From: Candidatus Fokinia solitaria
GTDB taxonomy: Bacteria > Pseudomonadota > Alphaproteobacteria > Rickettsiales > Midichloriaceae
Reading direction: 5' to 3'
NCBI RefSeq assembly: GCF_003072485.1
Contig: NZ_CP025989.1
Location: forward strand, 630,001 to 662,000
DNA length: 32,000 nucleotides
Shown piece after piece: positions 1 to 9,294 of the stretch. Position 1 is the first letter of the stretch, and the number at the start of each line of letters is the position of its first letter. The notes beneath the pieces are model-generated. The model worked only from the letters and a program-made list of their open reading frames with translations. It was not told the origin of the DNA and searched no databases. Position numbers and translations under genes: made by a program.

Positions 1-118
1 AGGCAAAGGTAAATAGTTCATTTTAAATATCCATCTTCAAAATACACGTGCAATATCATACGTGTAACCGTAGAATATAATGAATTATTGCTTTTATCAG
101 TGAATCTCTTTAGTTACT

Positions 119-319
119 TTAATGTCTCTGAGATTGTTTTACTTTCTTAATACTAGATGCTCTGCTTTTCAAAGAAGTTCTTCTTTTACTGAACTGCTTT
201 TTGTCTATGTATGACAACAATTTTCTCGCAGTATCTTCTATACATGACATGGACTTCTGCCCCATTGAGTACCAAAAAGAGCGAGATAACATTTTGTGAA
301 AGGACATGGTGATTGACAA
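119..319 (-). CDS. hypothetical small basic protein (weak call)
   Basis: 66-codon ORF with a TTG start (first ATG at codon 5) and a K/R/S-rich C-terminus. A hairpin ACACGT-N10-ACGTGT at 44..65 lies just downstream on the minus strand. No family recognised. Confidence 0.2.
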   Translation of the reverse strand: MSITMSFHKMLSRSFWYSMGQKSMSCIEDTARKLLSYIDKKQFSKRRTSLKSRASSIKKVKQSQRH

Positions 320-393
320 AAAATATTAAATAGAACTTTATTATAAGTGATTTCAAATTTAATTATAAAATTATATAATTTAAATATCAATGC

Positions 394-1341
394 ATGATCA
401 ATAATTTAGATCCGATAGCGTTTCACGTACTAGGTTTTGATATATATTGGTACGGTATTTTTTACGGCTTCAGTTTCTTAATATGCTCCTTGATGATGGG
501 ATATTTTCTCAATCTTGAAGTAATTGAAGCAGAACAAACATCGTTCAACAATAAACACTCTATATCAATACTAAACGGTAAATACGGCGATAGATTACTA
601 ATATTTCTCGTACTCTCCGTAATACTCGGTAGTAGACTTGGTTATACTGTTTTCTATGCGCCTCACTGGTTTCAAAAAGACATCTTACACATCTTTAACA
701 CAAGAAATGGTGGACTATCGCTACATGGAGGATTAATAGGCGGATTTATCGGGATATTACTTTTCTCTCTTTATGTCTTATCAAATTCAAAGTACCGCTA
801 CTACAAGGTAATACTAAGACATAGAAATAATAAATTCATCTCAGATATCTGTTGTAGCAAATCACTTTTAGCAAGCTTACTATTAACCTTCAGTATATCA
901 GATGCAATTGCGATATTCTGCCCAATCGGATTGCTGCTAGGACGCATCAGTAACTTCATCAACGGAGAGTTATACGGTACGGTAACAGAATTACCTATAG
1001 GTATTATCTTTGCAAAAGTTGACAGTTTCCCTAGACATCCAAGTCAGATATATGAAGCAATTCTAGAAGGCATCGTCCTCTTATTCATCACAACTAATCT
1101 CGCAAAAAATACAAAAATTTTGTCATTTCATGGCATGATCTCGGGCATAACATTGGTATTCTACTCGATATTTCGATATCTGTGCGAATTTTTACGCGCT
1201 CCTCTAGATGGACATGTAGAGTTTATGAACAGATTTATCACAAAAGGACAATCTTTGAGTGTCTACTCGTTATGCGTTGGAGGAGGTGTAATTTTATTCA
1301 GCATGCTTTTGAAGTTTTTAACTAGATATAGTAAAAAATGA
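394..1341 (+). CDS. lgt: prolipoprotein diacylglyceryl transferase
   Basis: 315-aa polytopic membrane ORF carrying the Lgt hallmarks GRISNFINGELYG and HPSQIYEA. Somewhat longer than E. coli Lgt (291 aa), with apparent loop insertions. Confidence 0.85.
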   Translation: MINNLDPIAFHVLGFDIYWYGIFYGFSFLICSLMMGYFLNLEVIEAEQTSFNNKHSISILNGKYGDRLLIFLVLSVILGSRLGYTVFYAPHWFQKDILHIFNTRNGGLSLHGGLIGGFIGILLFSLYVLSNSKYRYYKVILRHRNNKFISDICCSKSLLASLLLTFSISDAIAIFCPIGLLLGRISNFINGELYGTVTELPIGIIFAKVDSFPRHPSQIYEAILEGIVLLFITTNLAKNTKILSFHGMISGITLVFYSIFRYLCEFLRAPLDGHVEFMNRFITKGQSLSVYSLCVGGGVILFSMLLKFLTRYSKK

Positions 1342-1394
1342 CAGTTGCATGTTGCGCGTCATAAACATGCATAGATACGAGTACATGTTATTTC

Positions 1395-2480
1395 ATGAAT
1401 ATTGCAACTGAAGAATTTTACTTCCATTTACCGCAAGAACTCATAGCTCGATACCCTGTGACACCAAGGGATAGCTCGAAGCTACTATACATGAATAAAA
1501 CAGGAGTATTGCAAGATTTATCTTTTAAAGATGTAGTAAAATTACTCAAAAAAAATGATGTATTGGTACTGAATGATACAAAGGTAATTCCTAGCATGCT
1601 TAAGTGCAGTACTAAGGATAGCAACACACGAGTAAGAATCGACATACTAAAACATTATCACGATCACGATATATTATATTGCAACGCACTTGTAACACCG
1701 AGAAAACATTGTCGACCAAATACAATACTGCAATGCATAAGTAATAAAAATACTACTCTTGAACTCTCCGTAGAAGATATTCAACAAAATATAGTCACTC
1801 TCAAAGTACATAGTAGTAAAAGCTTCCATGACATCATGAGAGAATACGGCAACGTTCCTCTGCCGCCATACATACTCAAAGCTCGTTCCGCACATAATAT
1901 AATCGAAAAACAAGAAACAGATAAAGATAACTACCAAACAGTATATGCAAAATACGACGGCTCCATCGCTGCGCCTACCGCAGGCTTACACTTCACTGAC
2001 ACACTACTTGCAGAAATATCCAAAATAGGAGTAAAAATATGCTATATCACATTACACGTAGGATTAGGCACTTTCTTACCGATTAATACATCGCTACTAA
2101 ACGAGCATAAAATGCACGAAGAAACATTCGAAGTCACTCAAGAGACAATCGATATACTACGAAATGCAAAGGAAAATCACTCAAGAATCGTAGCAGTTGG
2201 AACAACAAGTATAAGAGTTCTAGAGCACATCGCATTGCGCAATATATCAACTGCAAGTATCGGTACAACAGATATTTTCATTTCCCCTGGATATAAGTTC
2301 AAAACAGTAAACTCCATCATAACCAATTTTCATATGAGTAAGAGTACTCCTCTTGTGCTGGTGTGCGCTGCAGCAGGAAAAGAACAAATCTTCAACATGT
2401 ATAAACATGCTATTGATGGTAAATACAGAATGCTGAGTTATGGAGACGCATGCATGATAGATGTTGTGACGAATGAATAA
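1395..2480 (+). CDS. queA: S-adenosylmethionine:tRNA ribosyltransferase-isomerase
   Basis: 361 aa. N-terminal FYFHLPQELIARYPVTPRDSSKLL, plus TAGLHFT and VGTTSIRVLE motifs typical of QueA. Confidence 0.9.
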   Translation: MNIATEEFYFHLPQELIARYPVTPRDSSKLLYMNKTGVLQDLSFKDVVKLLKKNDVLVLNDTKVIPSMLKCSTKDSNTRVRIDILKHYHDHDILYCNALVTPRKHCRPNTILQCISNKNTTLELSVEDIQQNIVTLKVHSSKSFHDIMREYGNVPLPPYILKARSAHNIIEKQETDKDNYQTVYAKYDGSIAAPTAGLHFTDTLLAEISKIGVKICYITLHVGLGTFLPINTSLLNEHKMHEETFEVTQETIDILRNAKENHSRIVAVGTTSIRVLEHIALRNISTASIGTTDIFISPGYKFKTVNSIITNFHMSKSTPLVLVCAAAGKEQIFNMYKHAIDGKYRMLSYGDACMIDVVTNE

Positions 2481-2605
2481 CACATTTTTCTTCCATTGAA
2501 TAAACAAAGCGCAATCTCAGCAAGCATCGTACGTACAACACCAATAAACGCATTGCAAAATCTGCTTTTATAGGACATAGTAATCATAAATCATGTTACT
2601 TTTAG

Positions 2606-3682
2606 ATGCAGATGCAGCAGTCATCACAAAATCAGGACTTGATAAGCAAGTACCACAAGGAAATAAAATTCTGCCAACAACAAGCAATTTTTCAGCAAAA
2701 ACAGGTAGAATTTTGTCAACAGCAGATACAATTTTATCAGGAGCAGATTAGCCTTCAACAGCGAGTAGTAAAAGATTATAAGCTACAAATAGATAGTGCA
2801 GAGCAACAAATGCAAGATCTTCATTCGCACATGCAGATGCTGCAAGAGCAAACATTACAACAGCAGCTTACTACATATTCTGATGTTTACCTTAGAGTAG
2901 TGCAGTTCTATATGTTCTTTATACGCGATGCAGAGTATCAGAATGCATATGCTATCAACTCGTACTTTGAAAGTGCCTGTAATGTGATATCTCCTGCTCT
3001 TTATCAACCTTATATGTTACAGGAATTACCTGATTATGTAGACCGTATTCGTGCCTCTTACGATCTAGACGATAACGAAGAGTTAGTTCTTTTTAATGAA
3101 TACACTGTTCTATTACATCAGATACAAGATACCGTATCTTCTTATGAAGATGAATCTGCAGTACGTCAGTATGCCGTTGCAATGTATGTCTTCTTTAGAG
3201 CTGCATGCGATTTCACTGATGAAGAACAACGACTTCCAGAAGAGATGTTGGAGACGATACGTGGATTTCGCAGTGAGCAAAATATGACTCAGATACTACA
3301 ACAGCAAATACAGCAAAATGATGTACAATTACTTCCTATAGAACCTCAGCAGCAGTTGATAATGCTTCAACAGTTAGAGCCTTCTTATCAGCAGGAAGTT
3401 TCTAGCAAACAGCAAAAGTTATCTGAGGATCAGCAGCAGCTATCTGAATATCAGCAGCGGTTATCCGAATATCAACAAGAATTGTCCGAACGTCGGGAGA
3501 GAGTATCTCAATTTCAACAACGACTATCCGAATATCAGCAAGAACAGGAGATAATACTTCAGCAACAAGCGCTTCAACAACAGGAAGGTGACGCTAATCA
3601 AGACGAAATTCCGGTACAATGTGGATTCGCAGCAGATATCGAGAATATATCCGATCACAACAGCATCCATGATGAGATCTAG
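2606..3682 (+). CDS. glutamine-rich heptad-repeat protein, paralog 1 (no recognised family)
   Basis: 358-aa ORF with no signal peptide or TM segment. N-terminal heptads (IKFCQQQ/AIFQQKQ/VEFCQQQ...), a conserved core shared with ORF 3789..5030, C-terminal heptads (QQxLSEY) and a shared acidic tail. The reading frame is maintained through all repeats. Confidence 0.75.
   Translation: MQMQQSSQNQDLISKYHKEIKFCQQQAIFQQKQVEFCQQQIQFYQEQISLQQRVVKDYKLQIDSAEQQMQDLHSHMQMLQEQTLQQQLTTYSDVYLRVVQFYMFFIRDAEYQNAYAINSYFESACNVISPALYQPYMLQELPDYVDRIRASYDLDDNEELVLFNEYTVLLHQIQDTVSSYEDESAVRQYAVAMYVFFRAACDFTDEEQRLPEEMLETIRGFRSEQNMTQILQQQIQQNDVQLLPIEPQQQLIMLQQLEPSYQQEVSSKQQKLSEDQQQLSEYQQRLSEYQQELSERRERVSQFQQRLSEYQQEQEIILQQQALQQQEGDANQDEIPVQCGFAADIENISDHNSIHDEI
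2663..2767 (+). repeat. in-frame 21-nt (heptad) repeats, about 5 units, N-terminal arm of paralog 1
   Basis: Protein units IKFCQQQ AIFQQKQ VEFCQQQ IQFYQEQ ISLQQRV read directly from the translation (aa 20-54). Confidence 0.7.
3410..3535 (+). repeat. in-frame 21-bp tandem repeat, 6 units, C-terminal arm of paralog 1
   Basis: Units start at 3410, 3431, 3452, 3473, 3494 and 3515. They encode QQKLSED QQQLSEY QQRLSEY QQELSER RERVSQF QQRLSEY. Confidence 0.85.
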
Positions 3683-3788
3683 TAATTGATATACAAGCAC
3701 CTTTTCTACAGCTTACGTTCGAAGTCGCATATTGCAAGAGGTGTTTTCGTGAGATATTGTTATAGTATATCAACTATATATCGCATAA

Positions 3789-5030
3789 ATGAAGGAATCG
3801 TCGCAGAACACTCAACAACATGAAATGACTGAGCTAAAAGTAGCAGAGCCATGGCGAAAGACTCTTCAATCTCAAGAAATTGTCTCACAGTTAGCATCTT
3901 TTTCTGAGGACGATATAGCTTTTTCTCAAAGCCGAGTACACTATTATCAAGAGCAAGTAGTTTTTTTGCAACAGCAAATAAGTTACTACCAACAGCAAGT
4001 AGAATTTACTGAAAAGCAAATAAGTCACCACCAACAGCAAGTAGAATTCACTGAAAGACAAATAAGTTACTACCAGCAACAAGTAAGCAACTTACAGCAG
4101 CAGGCGCAAGACTTTCACTCACACATGCAGATGCTACAAGAGCAAACATTGCAACAGACACTTGCTATATATTCCGATGTTTACCTTAGAATAGTGAAGC
4201 CCTATATGTCCTTTATGTGTCATAGAACAGAATTTCATCATCCACACGTTATCAGTGCGCACTTTAAAAGTGCTTGTAACATGATATCTCCTACTCTCTA
4301 TCAACCTTATATGTTACAGGAATTACCTAATTACATAGACCATATTCGTGCTTCTTACGATCTAGATGATAGCGAAGAGTTAGCTTTTTTTAATGAATAC
4401 ACTGCTCTATTACATCAGATACAAGATACTGTATCTTCTCATGAGGATGAATCTGCAGTACGTCAGTATGCTGTTGCAATGTACGTCTTCTTTAGAGCTA
4501 TATGCAATTTCACTGATGAAGAACAACGACCTTCAGAAGAGATGTTAGAGGCGATACATGAGTTTCGTAGCAAGCAAAGTATGACTCAGATGCTGCAACA
4601 GCAAGTGCACCAAAGTGATACACAATTGCTTCCTGTAGAACCTCAGCAGCAGTTGACAATGCTTCAACAGTTAGAGCCTTCTTATCAGCGGGAGATTTCT
4701 GAAAATCAGCAAACATTATCTGGATATCAGCAAGAGCTACTTTCACATCTGCAAGATGTATCTGAATATCAACGTGAATCATTCGAATGTCAACAGATGG
4801 TATCTCAATATCAACAACAACTGCCCGAATGTCAGCAAGAGTTATTTAGATATCAACAAACATTAGCTGAGTGTCAACGAGAATTGTCATATCGGCAAGA
4901 ACAAGTGCCTCAGCAACGAGTGCTTCAGCAGGAAGGTGACGCTAATCAAGATGAAATCCCGGTACAATGTGGATTCGCAGCAGATATCGAGAATATATCC
5001 GATCACAACAGCATCCACGATGAGATCTAG
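3789..5030 (+). CDS. glutamine-rich heptad-repeat protein, paralog 2 (no recognised family)
   Basis: 413-aa ORF 106 nt downstream of paralog 1 on the same strand, with the same architecture. The core is highly similar (for example 75 of 87 residues identical from SACN to DEEQR). The last 33 residues are identical to those of paralog 1. Confidence 0.75.
   Translation: MKESSQNTQQHEMTELKVAEPWRKTLQSQEIVSQLASFSEDDIAFSQSRVHYYQEQVVFLQQQISYYQQQVEFTEKQISHHQQQVEFTERQISYYQQQVSNLQQQAQDFHSHMQMLQEQTLQQTLAIYSDVYLRIVKPYMSFMCHRTEFHHPHVISAHFKSACNMISPTLYQPYMLQELPNYIDHIRASYDLDDSEELAFFNEYTALLHQIQDTVSSHEDESAVRQYAVAMYVFFRAICNFTDEEQRPSEEMLEAIHEFRSKQSMTQMLQQQVHQSDTQLLPVEPQQQLTMLQQLEPSYQREISENQQTLSGYQQELLSHLQDVSEYQRESFECQQMVSQYQQQLPECQQELFRYQQTLAECQRELSYRQEQVPQQRVLQQEGDANQDEIPVQCGFAADIENISDHNSIHDEI
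3936..4103 (+). repeat. in-frame heptad repeats (8 units), including a 42-bp tandem repeat x3 at 3975..4100
   Basis: Protein units VHYYQEQ VVFLQQQ ISYYQQQ VEFTEKQ ISHHQQQ VEFTERQ ISYYQQQ VSNLQQQ. The 42-bp DNA units start at 3975, 4017 and 4059 (caaataagt[tc]ac[tc]accaacagcaagtagaatt...). Confidence 0.85.
4707..4916 (+). repeat. in-frame 21-bp tandem repeat, 10 units, C-terminal arm of paralog 2
   Basis: Units every 21 nt from 4707. They encode QQTLSGY QQELLSH LQDVSEY QRESFEC QQMVSQY QQQLPEC QQELFRY QQTLAEC QRELSYR QEQVPQQ. The hydrophobic spacing L/F(4)-Y/C(7) is the 3-4 spacing of a coiled coil. Confidence 0.85.
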
Positions 5031-5302
5031 TAATTGATACGCTAATCGATACTCTATATTCATTACTAAAAATTTCATAATCTTCACTGTTTCTTGTGAT
5101 CATTTTATTACTGACAAATTAACAGTGTAACCTTGCTCTTCCATATCTTGTATACTTCTCAAGAATATGAAGGTAAGCGTGTATTTGCATCTCATAGCAA
5201 TACACTGCTACTCATCATACGACTCAGACATCTAAATATTTTAGCTGAAATCTCTATATCGCCATACTTTCACAAAAAGATGAATATATCTATTTTGTAG
5301 AA

Positions 5303-8300
5303 TTAATTCTTTTTAAAGAAATATTGACATAGTTTTGCTTCATCATCATACCTAATATATACTATCTCTTCATTTTTTAACTCTTCTAAGTTCTCATTAT
5401 TCAGATCATACTTTGACTTCGATTTCCATACTATGATGACGTTATTTTCGTTATCATGCGTAGCAATTCTTACATATGCGCCATCGTGTTTTCGGTTACT
5501 ATCTAAAAAAGATGATAACCTTTTCATGCTTTGAAAATCAGTGATAGGAAAAATATAGTCCTTCACTTTATCATAAGCATCTATTCTTTCTACAGATTCT
5601 ACTGTAATCCTTACTCCAAAATTATCTTTTCTTATTTCCACATTACAAACAATAATCTGCCCTTCGGCTAACAGATCTTTCTGCGCTATTAAAATTGCTT
5701 CATTAAAAATCGATACATCAAGAAAGCCAGTTTCGTCACATAACTGCATAAATGCGAACTTCCCTCCTTTGCCACTGCTAGACGAACGTACTTTCAACGA
5801 TGTAATGATACCTGCGACTTTTTTTGTGATATCTTTTTGCTCTTCATTTTCTATCTTAAATACTAGTTCTTCTATTTCCGATATCTGACTTACAAAAGAT
5901 CGTTGCAAATCCAATCTCCATATCTGAAGCGGATTGTGTAGTAAATAAAATCCAAGCGCTTGATATTCGAACATTGCACGTTCATTATCGTTAAGAGAAG
6001 ATGTTTTGATAAAATTTTCTAGCTCATCAATTGAATTTTTCTTTGGTAAGCTTTTTTTAAATAGACTATTCTGCTTCAAGTTAGCAATTGCCATTTCTGA
6101 GTGATACTCACTCTCCTTTATGAGATTTTCCACATTCTCCAATAGTTCTTTAATATTCGGATATAATTCAGCAAATGCGCATGCTTTGATCATTTGCTCC
6201 ATATTTCTCTTATTCAGTTCTTTATTTTTGATTCTATATATAAAATCTAATATCGATTTAAAGGTGCCATTTTTTTCCCTCTCTGCACATATTTCTTTTA
6301 CCAACTGACTGCTAACACCTTTTATCGCTTCTAATCCATACCTTATTTCATTACCTTCTATCATAAATTCCGAATAAGAAAAATTAATGGAAGGAGGTTT
6401 GATTTGAATTTGCAACAATCTTGCTTCATTACAATAAATAGCTAACTTATTGGTTTGCATGATATCGAGATTCATCAGTATACACAGAAACTCGATTGGA
6501 TAATGCGCTTTAAGATAAGCAGTTTGATAAGAGATGATAGAATACGCAGCAGCATGAGATTTATTAAAGCCGTAACTCGCGAACTTATTGACAGTATCGA
6601 AAATTTCTATTGCACTTTTTTCTTCGATACCATTTTTAACAGCATTTTCTATAAAAGTACTTTGATGTTTCGCCATTTCATTTTTATCCTTTTTTCCCAT
6701 CGCTCTTCTCAGCAAATCTGCTTCTCCTAGAGAATAGTTTGCGATCACTCGTGCTATTTCTATTACCTGCTCCTGATATATTATGATACCGTACGTATCC
6801 TTCAACACGTCAGCAATCCTAGGATGTATATACTCCACTGCTTCTAATCCATGCTTTCTTCTATTATACGATGGAATATTTGACATCGGCCCTGGTCTAT
6901 ATAATGAACTCAAAGCAATCAAATCATCTATACTATCTGGCTTCAGTCCCTTTATCGCTTCTTTCATACCAACGCCTTCAAACTGAAACACACCTACTGT
7001 CAGACCTTTTGTCAGCATTTCAAATGTCTTTACATCTGTAAGAGGTAAATTACTGATATCTATTTGAATACCTCTGTGCTGCTTTATGATATTGCATGTT
7101 TGCGCAATCACTGTTAGCGTTTTCAAGCCTAAAAAGTCGAACTTTACCAAACCAGCTAATTCTGTATATTTCATACTATATTGCACTAGTATCAAATCAG
7201 AATCCTGCGTTTTACATAACGGTACATCACCGAGTAGAGTAGTATCAGATATCACAACGCCTGCACTATGCATCGATATATGTCTATGCAATCCCTCAAG
7301 TTTTAATCCAATCTCTATTAATCTTCTTACGTCATCATCAGTTTTACTCATCTCTTGTAGACTTTTATCTATTGCTACAGCAGTAGCGAGATCTATAGGG
7401 TGCGCAGGATTGTTAGGTATCATTTTACATATTCTGTCCACAACACGATAAGGTATCTGCAAAACACGCCCTACATCTCGCAGTACAGCTCTTGGCTGTA
7501 ACTTACCAAACGTGATAATATGCGCAACTCTATCAGAGCCGTACTTTTTTTTTACGTATTCTATTACTCGATCACGTCCTAATTGACAAAAATCTACATC
7601 AATATCCGGCATACTTATACGAGCTGGATTAAGAAATCTTTCAAAAAGAAGATTAAATTTTATAGGATCTAATGCTGTAATATTCAAAACCCAAGCGACG
7701 ATTGAGCCTACCGCTGAACCACGTCCAGGACCTACCGCAATATCATTATCTCTACTCCAACGAATAAAGTCTGATACCACAAGAAAATACCCCGAAAATC
7801 CCATACTGCATATTACATCCAATTCACGCTGCAACCTTTCAAAGTATAACATCTTTGTCTCTTCCGTCATTTTTTCGACTTTTTCCTCTAAGCCTTTTAA
7901 AGTTCTCTGACGCAGTATCAGATCTTCTTGCGCACGCGAAGCAAAAGTAGGCAATCTTGGAGAAGATGACTGCGGCATAAACGAGCACTTTCGCGCAAGT
8001 GCTATTGTATTTTCTACTGCTTTCGGTAAGTCTGCAAAAAGACTCTGAAATTCATCATATGTTCTGAGAAATTCACCTTTTTGCACTGCTTTTCTATCTT
8101 TTGTAGCAATATAAGTACCATTACTTATGCACATCATCACATCACATGCCTCCGCATCAGATACACTCATATGAGTTGCAATACAACTTGCAACTATCGG
8201 TATGTGATTCAGAGAACAAAACGCAATAAAAGCGCTTTCCGCTGTATAAAATATGTTATCTTCAACTCTTGAAATCTCTATATAAAGTTCTGCACTACTT

Positions 8301-8863
8301 AATGAAGCTTTTAATTGAGTAATGATATTACCGATTGTTGCTTGCAACTCTTCATTTGTGCTGTTTAAACGGCATAAAAAATCTTTATCAGCTGTCCCCC
8401 AAAGTACTATTAAACCCTCACAGTATTCACTAATTTGACGTAAACATAAATTACATGGCACTTTATCTTCTATCGCCATTAAAGCAAATTCAGTTTCATC
8501 ATTCGCCTTTTCTACTCTCATATATAAGAGACTTGATAGAATCGTGAGATTTTTTACTCCTCTTTCATTAGTAGCGATGAGAACAATTTCTATTTCTGCG
8601 GCATCAGATACCACTTCATCAAGACGCACTTTCAATGTTAGTCCAGGAATATACTGAATACCATTTTTCTTCGCTAACAATGAGCATTCAAGCATTCCAA
8701 ATAAATCATTTCTATCTGTAATACAGAACGCCGGTATCTTATGTGTTTTACAAAATTTCACTACATCTTCTATTCTTATATTGCTTTCACCAATTGAGTA
8801 AGATGAGAATATTCGAAGAGGGATATAAAAATCTTTAAACATATATTGATCACACGTATTCAA
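5303..8863 (-). CDS. dnaE: DNA polymerase III alpha subunit
   Basis: 1186 aa with a PHP-type N-terminus. Contains GPGRGSAVGS, MPDIDVDFC and FNKSHAAAYSIISYQTAYLKAHYP motifs. Plus-strand ORFs inside it are antisense artefacts. Confidence 0.95.
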   Translation of the reverse strand: MNTCDQYMFKDFYIPLRIFSSYSIGESNIRIEDVVKFCKTHKIPAFCITDRNDLFGMLECSLLAKKNGIQYIPGLTLKVRLDEVVSDAAEIEIVLIATNERGVKNLTILSSLLYMRVEKANDETEFALMAIEDKVPCNLCLRQISEYCEGLIVLWGTADKDFLCRLNSTNEELQATIGNIITQLKASLSSAELYIEISRVEDNIFYTAESAFIAFCSLNHIPIVASCIATHMSVSDAEACDVMMCISNGTYIATKDRKAVQKGEFLRTYDEFQSLFADLPKAVENTIALARKCSFMPQSSSPRLPTFASRAQEDLILRQRTLKGLEEKVEKMTEETKMLYFERLQRELDVICSMGFSGYFLVVSDFIRWSRDNDIAVGPGRGSAVGSIVAWVLNITALDPIKFNLLFERFLNPARISMPDIDVDFCQLGRDRVIEYVKKKYGSDRVAHIITFGKLQPRAVLRDVGRVLQIPYRVVDRICKMIPNNPAHPIDLATAVAIDKSLQEMSKTDDDVRRLIEIGLKLEGLHRHISMHSAGVVISDTTLLGDVPLCKTQDSDLILVQYSMKYTELAGLVKFDFLGLKTLTVIAQTCNIIKQHRGIQIDISNLPLTDVKTFEMLTKGLTVGVFQFEGVGMKEAIKGLKPDSIDDLIALSSLYRPGPMSNIPSYNRRKHGLEAVEYIHPRIADVLKDTYGIIIYQEQVIEIARVIANYSLGEADLLRRAMGKKDKNEMAKHQSTFIENAVKNGIEEKSAIEIFDTVNKFASYGFNKSHAAAYSIISYQTAYLKAHYPIEFLCILMNLDIMQTNKLAIYCNEARLLQIQIKPPSINFSYSEFMIEGNEIRYGLEAIKGVSSQLVKEICAEREKNGTFKSILDFIYRIKNKELNKRNMEQMIKACAFAELYPNIKELLENVENLIKESEYHSEMAIANLKQNSLFKKSLPKKNSIDELENFIKTSSLNDNERAMFEYQALGFYLLHNPLQIWRLDLQRSFVSQISEIEELVFKIENEEQKDITKKVAGIITSLKVRSSSSGKGGKFAFMQLCDETGFLDVSIFNEAILIAQKDLLAEGQIIVCNVEIRKDNFGVRITVESVERIDAYDKVKDYIFPITDFQSMKRLSSFLDSNRKHDGAYVRIATHDNENNVIIVWKSKSKYDLNNENLEELKNEEIVYIRYDDEAKLCQYFFKKN

Positions 8864-8921
8864 AGTGGTATTGATATTTCAGTTATGAAATGTTCAACAA
8901 TATACATTGTGTACAATAGTT

Positions 8922-9209
8922 ATGAAAAAATTTCTTTCAAATAAAATTTCCCTGTTGTTTTTAGTTTCAGCTCTTGTGCCGTTTGCACTGATTGGATGCT
9001 CTGAAAATAAGAAAGAAGAAAAAACAGCGCAATCCGAATCCTCTACCGAGTCCTCTACCGAACAATCTCACAGCACAGAAGGACACGACTCTACAGAACA
9101 TCAGTCTTCTGCATCAGAAACTGCACCTTCTGATAGCGAACAAGCATCTTCTACTACTAATGAGAGCAACACTGCTGCACCTGCTACCTCTGCACAGTCT
9201 TCTGACTAA
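8922..9209 (+). CDS. small Ser/Thr/Glu-rich lipoprotein
   Basis: ATG at 8922 gives MKKFLSNKISLLFLVSALVPFALIGC, a signal peptide with lipobox L-I-G-C. The mature part is low-complexity S/T/E-rich. A strong terminator lies 40 nt downstream. The tracked ORF start at 8907 is an upstream TTG. Confidence 0.6.
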   Translation: MKKFLSNKISLLFLVSALVPFALIGCSENKKEEKTAQSESSTESSTEQSHSTEGHDSTEHQSSASETAPSDSEQASSTTNESNTAAPATSAQSSD

Positions 9210-9248
9210 TTTGCAGATCAGTACTAGTTTAAAAAGTTAGTACGGTTG

Positions 9249-9294
9249 ATCGAAGTAGAATTTGCTTTATGGCGTTCTACTTCGGTGCTTTTTT
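9249..9294 (+). terminator. rho-independent terminator
   Basis: Perfect 10-bp stem cgaagtagaa (9251..9260) / ttctacttcg (9275..9284), extendable to 12 bp, with a 14-nt loop. It is followed by gc and a run of 6 T (9289..9294). Confidence 0.65.

Noticed and set aside
3891-4782. Minus-strand ORFs 3891..4082 and 4510..4782 (also 21303..21707 and 21707..21940 in the third repeat gene)
   Set aside because: They are mirror-frame artefacts of the in-frame tandem repeats (LLLVVTYL... periodicity) on the strand opposite the Q-rich genes.
2663-4916. Whether the short tandem repeats could be a CRISPR array or a non-coding satellite
   Set aside because: The units are 21, 42, 24 and 75 nt, all multiples of 3. 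They are contiguous with no unique spacers and are kept in one long open reading frame. No cas genes are present.
6120-8272. Five plus-strand ORFs of 62-121 aa inside the dnaE locus
   Set aside because: They are antisense to a well-supported 1186-aa DnaE frame, have a low-complexity S/I/F/C-rich composition, and carry no independent signals.
8992-9240. Alternative-frame 82-aa ORF overlapping the lipoprotein gene
   Set aside because: It has no signal or start context. The lipobox-containing frame explains the region better.
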